A program made the position numbers and the translations under genes. A DNA stretch of 64,000 nt from a bacterium (GTDB lineage: Bacteria > Elusimicrobiota > Elusimicrobia > UBA1565 > UBA9628), in the NCBI GenBank assembly GCA_021810245.1, contig JAJZJF010000003.1:1052-65051 (forward strand). Reading direction: 5' to 3'. A model generated the notes under the pieces. The model made no database searches. It saw only the letters and a program-made list of their open reading frames with translations, and was not told where the DNA came from. This document shows, piece by piece, positions 47,678 through 55,920 of the stretch. Each line of letters begins with the position of its first letter. Positions within the stretch are counted from its first letter, which is position 1.

Positions 47678-50600
47678 AAAACGAATCAGAACATCTCGGT
47701 TTAGCAGGGAAAATATCGCAAGCCTTTATTCAATCAAAACTGACGGTCTTGATTATCTTTACCTCGCTTTTATTGGGGGCCTTGGCCGTATTGAAACTCC
47801 CAAGGGAAGAGGATCCGCAAATTAAGGTTCCCGTCTTTGATATCTTTGTTCCGTTCCCCGGGGCTAGCCCACGAGAAGTGGAGGAGCGAATTATCGACGT
47901 GGGCGAGAGAAAATTATGGGAAATCCCGGGAGTCGAATATATTTATTCCACCGCTGAGAATAACGAAGCCATGTTTATCGTCAGGTTTAAGGTCGGAACG
48001 CCATTTGAAAAAGCGATGACCTTAATTTATACCAAGGTTTTTTCCAATGAAAACCTTTTGCCGCCGGGAGCGGGAAAGCCCATCATTAAACCTCGCTCCA
48101 TTGACGACGTTCCAATTTTAGTCTTGACTCTATGGGGCGAAAATTTAGACGGCTATTCTCTTCGCCGCGCCGCCGCCTCTTTAAGGCGCGAGTTTAGCTC
48201 TATTACCGATGTCTCTCAAATCAAAATTATCGGAGGCCAGCGCCGGGGCTTGTCTGTTCATTTCGATGTCAAGAGCCTCAGACAACATCGTTTGACTCCT
48301 CTGGATTTGGCTGGGATTATTCAGGGCTCGAATCTTCGCATTCCCTCCGGTCATTATAGAGGATCCAACGAAAACACCGCTGTCGACGCGGATTCCTTGA
48401 TCCGTTCTGAATCGGATCTCAAGCGGATCGTAGTCGGCGTGTCCGGAGGCCGTCCGATTTTATTAGGAGACGTCTCTCAAATCTCAGATGGCCCCACTCA
48501 TCCGGAAAAAGAACTTCTTTTTTCGCCTCGGGGCTCCCAAAACGATGTCGTTTATCCCGCGGTGACCCTGGCCATTTCCAAGAGAAAAGGCTCAAACGCG
48601 ACCGTGGTCGCCGAACAAGTTTTATCCCGCCTTCAAAGAGTTCGCTCTACTTTCCTTCCCAAAGGGGCTCATGTCGCGGTAATGAGAAACTATGGAAAGA
48701 CGGCTAAGGAAAAATCAGATGAGCTTCTTTTTCATATGGTCTTGGCGACCGCCGCGGTGACTCTTTTAATTGCCGTCGCCTTAGGGCTTCGCGAAGCCTT
48801 GGTCGTGTTAATCGCAATTCCAGTCACATTGTCTTTGACGCTCCTTGTCTATTTTCTGGCGGGATATACGCTCAACCGGATTACCCTTTTCGCCCTGATT
48901 TTTTCTATCGGTATTTTGGTTGACGACGCGATCGTGGTCGTCGAAAATATCCATCGGCATTATCAGTTAAAAGATGGCCGTTCAATTTGGCGGCTCGCGG
49001 TTGACGCCACCGATGAGGTTGGAAATCCAACTCTTTTAGCTACCTGGGCGGTGATCGCGGCCGTTCTGCCTATGGCCTTTGTCCGCGGGTTGATGGGGCC
49101 CTATATGCGCCCGATTCCGGTCGGAGCTTCCTTTGCGATGATTTTTTCAATTGCGATCGCTTTCATCGTTTCGCCCTGGGCTTTTTCCCATATCCTGGAA
49201 ATCTGGAAACCCGGGGAGCAAGAGCATGCCGTGTCCCAATCTTTTGTCGATAAATTTTATCGGCAGACCATGAGTTGGATTTTAAAGAATCGCTTAAACA
49301 CTTCGTCATTTTTGATTTTTGTTGCGGCGCTTCTTTTTGGTTCTCTTTACCTCATCGCGTCTAAATCGGTGATCGTCAAAATGCTCCCGTTTGACAATAA
49401 AGACGAATTTGAGATTATTTTGAACATGCCGGAGGGAACTTCGCTGAATTTAACCCAGAAAGCTGCCATTCAAATGTCAGCGGCCCTGCGGAAGATTCCG
49501 GAGGTCAAAGACGTCGCTGATTATATCGGAATGGCCGCGCCCTATAATTTTAATGGTCTGGTCCGCCATTATTTTTTAAGGCAGTCTCCCGACGGCGCCG
49601 ATATCTCCGTCCTGTTGACTCATTTTAAGGATCGCAAGAAAAGCAGCCATGAGATCGCGCAAGAAGCCCGCAATCTTTTGGCTCCGATTGCCGCGCGATA
49701 TAAGGCTCGCTATCAGGTGGCCGAGGTTCCCCCGGGTCCGCCAGTTTTGTCGACATTAGTTTTTGAGTTTTACGGCCCTGATCCTAAAAAGAGAGACGAT
49801 TTTGCCCGAAAAATAGAAGAGGTTCTTAGAAAAACCAATGGGATCGTCGATGTGGATAGCTATTTCCCGACTCGGAACCAGAAGCTCGAACGTCTTTCTA
49901 TCCGGAGAAAAGAAGCGACCCTCAACGGAATTGTTCCCGCCAATATCGCTCGCTTGACCCGAATGGCTCTTCACGGCGAAACCCTGGGGCTGGCCCATCT
50001 GCCCAATGAGCAAGAGCCCGTTAAAATTAGAATTCGCCTCAATTCTGAGGAGAGAAAAGACGGACATTTCCTGTCTCAGATTCCGGTTTTATCCCGCAAT
50101 GGGACGGTCATTTCCCTGGGGAAATTCCTTAAACCATTTTCTACCCATGTCGACGAGCCAATCTATCATAAGAATCTTAGGAACGTCAGTTATGTGATCG
50201 CGGATGTCGCAGGCGGGGAAGAGAGTCCGGTCTACGCAATCTTAAAACTGGAAAAACCGGTTCAGGAAGCGGCTAAGAAAATGGGAATTTCCCTTCGAGA
50301 ATACTACGCTTCCATGCCTCCCGATTCCCGGCATTACGCGCTTAAATGGGATGGAGAGTGGCAAATTACCTATGAGGTCTTCCGCGATTTGGGACTGGCC
50401 TTTGCCTTGGTGTTGGTCCTCATTTACATTTTGGTCGTGGGTTGGTTTGAGTCTTTCTTAGTTCCTCTCATCATCATGACCCCAATTCCGCTAAGCCTGA
50501 TTGGAATTATCCCCGCTCATTGGTTGATGCACGCTTTTTTTACCGCGACCTCGGTGATTGGATTTATCGCGGGAGCGGGAATCGTGGTTAGAAATTCAAT

Positions 50601-50868
50601 TATCTTGGTTGATTTTATCGAATTGAGAATGAGACAGGGTATGCCCATCAAAGAGGCGGTTATTGACGCCGGAGCCGTTCGCTTTAGGCCGATTTTGCTG
50701 ACCGCGGCGGCGGTTGTTTTAGGAGCGGTTGTCATTTTGTTTGACCCTATCTTTCAGGGCTTAGCCCTGTCTTTAATGGCGGGAGGGGTGGCGGCGGCAT
50801 TTCTTTCTGTCCCCACGGTGCCGATTCTGTATTATCTATTCATGGGAAAAAATTTAAAGTCTAAATAA
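47674..50868 (+). CDS. RND efflux transporter permease (AcrB/CzcA superfamily)
   Basis: 1064 aa with 12-TM/2-loop architecture. Conserved TM4 region ALIFSIGILVDDAIVVVENI. Confidence 0.93.
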   Translation: MKNESEHLGLAGKISQAFIQSKLTVLIIFTSLLLGALAVLKLPREEDPQIKVPVFDIFVPFPGASPREVEERIIDVGERKLWEIPGVEYIYSTAENNEAMFIVRFKVGTPFEKAMTLIYTKVFSNENLLPPGAGKPIIKPRSIDDVPILVLTLWGENLDGYSLRRAAASLRREFSSITDVSQIKIIGGQRRGLSVHFDVKSLRQHRLTPLDLAGIIQGSNLRIPSGHYRGSNENTAVDADSLIRSESDLKRIVVGVSGGRPILLGDVSQISDGPTHPEKELLFSPRGSQNDVVYPAVTLAISKRKGSNATVVAEQVLSRLQRVRSTFLPKGAHVAVMRNYGKTAKEKSDELLFHMVLATAAVTLLIAVALGLREALVVLIAIPVTLSLTLLVYFLAGYTLNRITLFALIFSIGILVDDAIVVVENIHRHYQLKDGRSIWRLAVDATDEVGNPTLLATWAVIAAVLPMAFVRGLMGPYMRPIPVGASFAMIFSIAIAFIVSPWAFSHILEIWKPGEQEHAVSQSFVDKFYRQTMSWILKNRLNTSSFLIFVAALLFGSLYLIASKSVIVKMLPFDNKDEFEIILNMPEGTSLNLTQKAAIQMSAALRKIPEVKDVADYIGMAAPYNFNGLVRHYFLRQSPDGADISVLLTHFKDRKKSSHEIAQEARNLLAPIAARYKARYQVAEVPPGPPVLSTLVFEFYGPDPKKRDDFARKIEEVLRKTNGIVDVDSYFPTRNQKLERLSIRRKEATLNGIVPANIARLTRMALHGETLGLAHLPNEQEPVKIRIRLNSEERKDGHFLSQIPVLSRNGTVISLGKFLKPFSTHVDEPIYHKNLRNVSYVIADVAGGEESPVYAILKLEKPVQEAAKKMGISLREYYASMPPDSRHYALKWDGEWQITYEVFRDLGLAFALVLVLIYILVVGWFESFLVPLIIMTPIPLSLIGIIPAHWLMHAFFTATSVIGFIAGAGIVVRNSIILVDFIELRMRQGMPIKEAVIDAGAVRFRPILLTAAAVVLGAVVILFDPIFQGLALSLMAGGVAAAFLSVPTVPILYYLFMGKNLKSK

Positions 50869-50880
50869 TGAGGAGGATGT

Positions 50881-51096
50881 ATGAGTTTAGAGAGAAAAAT
50901 TAGGATGATTGCCGGCAGTTTCATTTTGATTAGCTTGGCCCTAGCCTATTGGGTCAGCCGGGAATTTTTATGGCTGACGGCCTTTGTGGGGGCAAATCTT
51001 CTTCAGTCTTCAATTACGCGTTGGTGCTTGATGGAGGATATTTTGCGCTCTCTTGGATGGGGGGACCCCAAAGATCCTTCCCAAAAATGCTGTTAG
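50881..51096 (+). CDS. DUF2892 (YgaP C-terminal-like) small membrane protein
   Basis: R.IAG..L......Y........L..FVGANLLQS..T.WC signature. Confidence 0.7.
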   Translation: MSLERKIRMIAGSFILISLALAYWVSREFLWLTAFVGANLLQSSITRWCLMEDILRSLGWGDPKDPSQKCC

Positions 51097-51123
51097 AAAA
51101 TTATATTAGCCAAAGGAGAAATT

Positions 51124-51522
51124 ATGCTCTATCAAATTGAGACGGAAAGATCTATTTCTGAAGTTGAGAAATCTCTAGGGACAATTTCCGCCCGGCATAA
51201 ATTTGGGCTTCTGACGATGCACAACCTAAAAGAAAAAATGAACGAGAAGGGGGTTCCTTTTAAAAAAGACTGCCTGATTTTTGAAGTCTGCAACCCTCAG
51301 CAGGCCCAGAAGATTCTCGATGGGAATATGGATATTTCAAATCTTCTTCCCTGCCGAATTGCCGCCTATGAAAAAAATGGGAAAGTTGTTCTATCAACGG
51401 TCAAACCCACGGTTCTCTTATCAATGTTTCCCAATCCTGAACTTAAAAAAATCGCCGAAGAAGTAGAACGGGTTCTTATCTCAATTATTGATGAGGTGGG
51501 GCGCGGAGAGGGAAATCCTTGA
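51124..51522 (+). CDS. DUF302 domain protein
   Basis: The protein is 132 aa. It has ...FGLL..HN....M...G......C.IFEVCNP..A...L......S..LPCRI..YE..G.V pattern. Confidence 0.78.
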   Translation: MLYQIETERSISEVEKSLGTISARHKFGLLTMHNLKEKMNEKGVPFKKDCLIFEVCNPQQAQKILDGNMDISNLLPCRIAAYEKNGKVVLSTVKPTVLLSMFPNPELKKIAEEVERVLISIIDEVGRGEGNP

Positions 51523-52711
51523 CGCGGACAAAGACTAAGGCCGCTAAAAGAGCTAGACCCCCGACAAAAAACCAATAAGGGCAAGGGCGCATTTTTGAAA
51601 AAAATTGGAGTCCCAAGCCGCCAATCAAAGGGCTTAAGGCGTATCCCATTTGATGGAAAAATCCCGTAGCTCCCAAGGCGCGTCCGCGTTCATTAGGCGC
51701 GCTGAGATTAGAGGCAAGAGCCGATAAAGAAGGGGCGATTGCCATCTCCCCAAGAGTAACGACGGCCACTGCCATTTCTAAGGATTTAAGTCCCGAAGCC
51801 CAGGCTAGAGAAGCATATCCTAAGGCATAGGCCAAGGCGCCCCAAGCGAGAATGTGCGGCAGGCGGCGATTTCGGAGGGCATGGATAAGCCCGACTTGAA
51901 AGCAGACGACCATTCCGCCATTGAGAGAAAAGAGAAGGCCAATTTCTTTGGGGGAAAGATTAAGAGTTTCCGTGGCATAGAGAGACAAGGGAACAATGAG
52001 ATGGCCCATCACCGCGCCAATGAGAAAGGTTCCCAAAAAGAAAAGGGGAAATCTTTTATGGCGCAAAATAGAAAGAGTGGAGGAAAAAATTTTGTGGTTG
52101 ATTTTTTCGCCTTTTAATATTAGGGGATGGCTTTCTTCAATGAAAAATAAAACCCCCAAGGCGCAGAAAAGATAAACGGCGGAGGTTCCTAAAAAAAGAA
52201 CCGCGTATCCTTTCCCGACCGCAAGCCCCGCGATGGCCGGTCCGACGGCCCATCCCAGATTGGCGGTTGTTCGCATCGCGCTATAAGCTTTGACGCGCAA
52301 GCTCTCTTCAAAATGATCCGAAACCCAAGCCATTAATGAGGAGTTAAATCCTCCCGCGGCCAAGGCGCCAATAAAGTCAATGAAAATGATGACGGGAAAA
52401 GACGCCCTATAGGCTATGGCCATTCCTACAGAAAAAACGCAGAGGGTCCTCGCAATAATGCCCCAGGTCAAAAGCGGGCGCCGCCCTAGTTTGTCTGAAA
52501 GAGACCCTCCAAACAGCCGCCCCGCTGCGGCAAGAAAAAGGCTTGAGGTTAGAAAAACTCCTACGATCCAGAAGGGGATTTGACGTTCCTTTTTAAGATA
52601 AATGGCGAGATAGGGGAAAGAGAGAGCGTAGCCTCCGCTCATGAAAAACTGAAGGATCATCGGCGGCAGGATTTTTCCAACAGGAAGCGATAAGAAGGTT
52701 TTGTTTTTCAA
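51485..52711 (-). CDS. MFS transporter
   Basis: About 12 TM helices and the loop 2-3 motif GGSLSDKLGRRPLL. The 3' end overlaps the convergent DUF302 gene by 38 nt. Confidence 0.85.
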   Translation of the reverse strand: MKNKTFLSLPVGKILPPMILQFFMSGGYALSFPYLAIYLKKERQIPFWIVGVFLTSSLFLAAAGRLFGGSLSDKLGRRPLLTWGIIARTLCVFSVGMAIAYRASFPVIIFIDFIGALAAGGFNSSLMAWVSDHFEESLRVKAYSAMRTTANLGWAVGPAIAGLAVGKGYAVLFLGTSAVYLFCALGVLFFIEESHPLILKGEKINHKIFSSTLSILRHKRFPLFFLGTFLIGAVMGHLIVPLSLYATETLNLSPKEIGLLFSLNGGMVVCFQVGLIHALRNRRLPHILAWGALAYALGYASLAWASGLKSLEMAVAVVTLGEMAIAPSLSALASNLSAPNERGRALGATGFFHQMGYALSPLIGGLGLQFFSKMRPCPYWFFVGGLALLAALVFVRVKDFPLRAPPHQ

Positions 52712-52723
52712 GGAGGTCTGTCT

Positions 52724-53713
52724 TCATTTTAGCAAAGCCTTGACGCTCTCTTGGATTGTTTCGGAAATCCGGGCGGAATTTAAGACCGCTTTAAAATCTT
52801 TTGGCCAGTCGGCGCATATTTGGAGCGGTTTATCTTTGCGGGGATGAGGGAGCGTCAATTTAAAAGCGTGCAGCATTTGTCTTGGCGCTTGAAGTTCTTT
52901 TAAATCCGAATCTGAAATTGTTTTTTCGACAGCCTTTAAATAGGCTGTTCCGTTATTAATATAGAGTTTATCTCCCGCTATTGGATAACCTAAATAGGCG
53001 AGATGAACGCGAATTTGGTGGAGGCGCCCGGTTTTGGGAAACGCCGCAAGTAGAGAAAAATTCTTGCCTAGACAGAGGCGTCTTAATTCCGTTTTAGCCC
53101 AAACGCCTAGGCCCGCGGCTTGGCGGGAGTAAATGTTTAAACCTTCTCGTCCAATGGGAATTTCGACTATTTTCATTTTCCAGGGAAATTGTCCGATGAC
53201 GATGGCGTGGTATTCCTTAATTGCCCGGCGAGCTGAAAAAGTTTCGCAGAGAATGCGGGCCATCTCTCTTGATTTTGCCAATAAGAGGACGCCGCTGGTT
53301 TCCCGGTCGAGCCTGTGAACGGGATGGAGCTTGAGGGCGGGAAATTGCCGCTTTAAAATTTCGGTGACCGTGTTTTTAACCGACTTGTCGGTGGGATGGC
53401 TTAAAATTCCGGCGGGCTTGTTGACCGCGAGCAAATCCTCATCTTGATAGAGAACGCCCAGTTCCTCAAAAGGGCATTCCGCTTCTATTTGCCGGGGATA
53501 GCGGATAAGGACGATTTCGCCCGCCCGCACGCGAAAAGAAGCCTTGGGCGCTCGCTCGCGCACAAAGACGCGGCCTTCCCGGATGAGATTTTGCGCTTGA
53601 ACTCGGGAATAACGCTTAAGGCGCGAGGCCAAAAAAAGGTCGAGGCGTAGATTGTCTTGGGGTTTTTGAACCTCAAATGGAACTTCGACAAAGAGAGAAT
53701 CGCTCATCCCCAA
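52724..53713 (-). CDS. RluA-family 23S rRNA pseudouridine synthase (RluD-like, S4 domain)
   Basis: S4-like N-terminus (RLDLFLA...SR...LI..G.V.V) and the catalytic HRLDRETSGVLLLAK. Confidence 0.92.
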   Translation of the reverse strand: MGMSDSLFVEVPFEVQKPQDNLRLDLFLASRLKRYSRVQAQNLIREGRVFVRERAPKASFRVRAGEIVLIRYPRQIEAECPFEELGVLYQDEDLLAVNKPAGILSHPTDKSVKNTVTEILKRQFPALKLHPVHRLDRETSGVLLLAKSREMARILCETFSARRAIKEYHAIVIGQFPWKMKIVEIPIGREGLNIYSRQAAGLGVWAKTELRRLCLGKNFSLLAAFPKTGRLHQIRVHLAYLGYPIAGDKLYINNGTAYLKAVEKTISDSDLKELQAPRQMLHAFKLTLPHPRKDKPLQICADWPKDFKAVLNSARISETIQESVKALLK

Positions 53714-53884
53714 AAGTCATCGTCATTTTGCGCTCCGATAGGATCAACTCTTTTTCCGTCGGTTAGAGGGCATTTAAAGGCGCGAAAATGAATCACGTTT
53801 CGATTATCGCATTTTTTAGAAATGTCCAAAAGGTGATATCTTATCTACAGGAAGCCGCAAAGATATTTTTTAAACGGAGCTTTA

Positions 53885-54577
53885 ATGGCAAAGATATTGA
53901 TTGTGGATGATGACGAGGCGATTTTAAACGTCCTCAAAAGATATCTAAAAGCCGAAGGGTATATCGTCATCGCGACCAATGATAGTTCCGAGGCTCTATT
54001 GCTCGCGCGGGAGTCTCGTCCCGATCTGATTTTAGCCGATGCCGAAATGCCGGGACTTAGCGGCTATTCGGTTTGCCGCCTAATCAAAAAAGAAGAGTCG
54101 GTTAAATCAACTCCGGTGATCATTATGTCAGGGGAACGAAAATCAGACAAAGATGTTCTCACCGGTTTTGATGTCGGGGTGGATGATTATGTGGCAAAGC
54201 CCTTTGTTCTGCCGGTTCTTAAAGCGCGTATCCAGGCGGTTTTAAAACGCGCGCAGGCAGGCGGAGACAAAGGCGCGGAGATTTTAAGCCAATCGGGAAT
54301 TGACCTCAATCCGGAATCCCGTTCGGTCTCTGTCTCTGGAAAACCGGTCTCCTTGACGCGCAAGGAATTTGACTTATTATTAGTTTTGATGGAAAAAGCC
54401 GGCCGGGTTCTCAGCGTCAACTACTTGCTTGAAGCTGTCTGGGGTTATGATCCCGCTAATTACAATGATCCCGGCACCGTGGAAGTTCATATTTCTCACT
54501 TGCGAAAAAAACTAGGGCCCAAGGCCGCGAAACGCATCGTCAATGTCTTGGGACACGGCTATAAATTCGAGACTTAA
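53885..54577 (+). CDS. OmpR/PhoB-family response regulator (REC + winged-helix DNA-binding domain)
   Basis: ILIVDDDE, acceptor region PDLILADAEMPGLSG, and DDYVAKPF. The C-terminal part has LTRKEFDLLLVLME...VEVHISHLRKKL...GHGYKF. Confidence 0.92.
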   Translation: MAKILIVDDDEAILNVLKRYLKAEGYIVIATNDSSEALLLARESRPDLILADAEMPGLSGYSVCRLIKKEESVKSTPVIIMSGERKSDKDVLTGFDVGVDDYVAKPFVLPVLKARIQAVLKRAQAGGDKGAEILSQSGIDLNPESRSVSVSGKPVSLTRKEFDLLLVLMEKAGRVLSVNYLLEAVWGYDPANYNDPGTVEVHISHLRKKLGPKAAKRIVNVLGHGYKFET

Positions 54578-54584
54578 CCGGGCT

Positions 54585-55394
54585 TTACAATTGTGCCCAG
54601 AGGTCTTGGGCTAATTCTTCCGCAGATTTAATTCCGGCTTTTCTGCTTGCGTTGGACAAAGCGCGTTCACGAGCGATATTTTCGTTTCCGCCGACTCCCG
54701 CAGCTTCCACCCAGCGATCGATAACGAGGCGATGCTTGAGAGCATCTTGAACTTGAATGTCAACTTTGGCCCGGCAGGACTTAAGCCTCCCAAGCAGGGG
54801 AGAATGGAAGAACTTTGATGAAAAGCCCTTGGTTATGACGATAAAGCGGCCGGAAGTTTTGTCTGAGTCCTCAAATGAAAACCCGCGCTTTTTAAATCCC
54901 GCTTCCACCGCGCTGAGAGCCAATTCCCCAAGACGACTTCCTTTGATATCCCCATTCAGCCGGAGCGTCAGGGGCTGAGAATCAGGCGGCGCTTTTAAGA
55001 AAAGAGACACTTGCCTACGGTTATCGGCAGGCAAAGGAGAGACTGTGGCCTCAATTTCAACTTGATAGACGCTACCGCTTTCGCCTTCTTTCAGTATCTT
55101 ATAATGGTTGAGCATTCCCGAAGATTCCGCATCAATGGCTTCATGGGAGACAATGGACGCGCTAAGCTGGGTCGCTTCCGATATCCGGACTCCTAGGGCT
55201 TTTTCAAGAGCCGCTTTTTCCGCCCGCGCTAAAGCCTTAGCGCGGCTCAAAGGCCTATTTTGAGGGTCCAAACGGGCCTCTCCCATCGCCTCAACTGTTT
55301 GAGGGCGCATTTTCGTTTCGGTCCGCATCATCGCGCATCCGTTTAACAGGCCCGCGAGGGCCGCTAAAATGACGGCTTTGGCTTTTTTAATCAT
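54585..55394 (-). CDS. Lipoprotein with LPP20/FlgT-N-like N-terminal domain
   Basis: Lipobox LLNGC. The N-terminal segment EAMGEARLD...SRAKALARAEKAALEKALGVRISE... resembles the LPP20/FlgT_N fold pattern. The ATG shares one base with the stop of the upstream LPP20 gene (TAATG). Confidence 0.55.
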   Translation of the reverse strand: MIKKAKAVILAALAGLLNGCAMMRTETKMRPQTVEAMGEARLDPQNRPLSRAKALARAEKAALEKALGVRISEATQLSASIVSHEAIDAESSGMLNHYKILKEGESGSVYQVEIEATVSPLPADNRRQVSLFLKAPPDSQPLTLRLNGDIKGSRLGELALSAVEAGFKKRGFSFEDSDKTSGRFIVITKGFSSKFFHSPLLGRLKSCRAKVDIQVQDALKHRLVIDRWVEAAGVGGNENIARERALSNASRKAGIKSAEELAQDLWAQL

Positions 55395-55837
55395 TACAGT
55401 TTTTTTCCAATTACATCCGCCAGGCGGCTTTTAGAGAGCCTGAGAGTGACCACGCAGCCGTTGTCAGAAGTAAACTCGCTTTTAACGACTTCCGCTCCCT
55501 TAATGACGGCATTAACTTCAGTCTTAATGTTGGAATCCGATTCCATGGCTTTTTTGACCGTGATTCCGCCGGTGAGTTTTACGCCTTCAATGAGGGTCAG
55601 CATTTCATACTGGGCTTTTACAATTGCCGCATCCCTTGACAAGGCCTTTCTCTGGGTTTCTGTCGGAATATTGGGATCGGCTGCCCCTATCCCGATGGAT
55701 TCAAAATACTGTCCCCGATCCGCGTTTTGGTTAATGGTGTTTGGAATTTTTCCGTTTTTGACTTGATTGGCGACGGTTCCACAACCCGACAAGGTTACGA
55801 CGACAATCCATGCGGCTTTTCTCCAATTATTTTTCAT
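55394..55837 (-). CDS. LPP20-family (FlgP-like) lipoprotein
   Basis: Lipobox TLSGC. Core IGIGAAD...TQRKALSRDAAIVKAQYEMLTLIEGVKLTGGITV is typical of the LPP20 family. Strong RBS GAGGAGGGGG. Confidence 0.7.
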   Translation of the reverse strand: MKNNWRKAAWIVVVTLSGCGTVANQVKNGKIPNTINQNADRGQYFESIGIGAADPNIPTETQRKALSRDAAIVKAQYEMLTLIEGVKLTGGITVKKAMESDSNIKTEVNAVIKGAEVVKSEFTSDNGCVVTLRLSKSRLADVIGKKL

Positions 55838-55866
55838 GGCCCCCTCCTCTATATCCCTATAACGAA

Positions 55867-55872
55867 ATTATA
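55867..55872 (-). promoter_or_regulatory. Candidate -10 box (perfect TATAAT on minus strand) for the LPP20 lipoprotein operon
   Basis: The reverse complement of ATTATA lies 28 nt upstream of the ATG at 55837 and 9 nt from the direct-repeat element. No consensus -35 is present. Confidence 0.4.
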
Positions 55873-55881
55873 GCCCGTCCC

Positions 55882-55898
55882 GCTTAAGCGGCGCTTAA
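55882..55898. promoter_or_regulatory. Direct repeat GCTTAA-N5-GCTTAA (11-bp periodicity), copy 1
   Basis: The sequence is cGCTTAAgcggcGCTTAAcgga. The first unit sits in the perfect palindrome CCGCTTAAGCGG. The 12-mer GCGCTTAACGGA (55891-55902) is identical to 58458-58469. Confidence 0.5.
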
Positions 55899-55920
55899 CG
55901 GAGACTGAAACCCGATAAAA

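Noticed and set aside
51485-51522. 38-nt convergent overlap of the DUF302 and MFS genes
   Set aside because: Short 3'-3' overlaps are common in this compact genome (also cytochrome c/folD-like and folD/rsmE). Nothing suggests functional antisense regulation.
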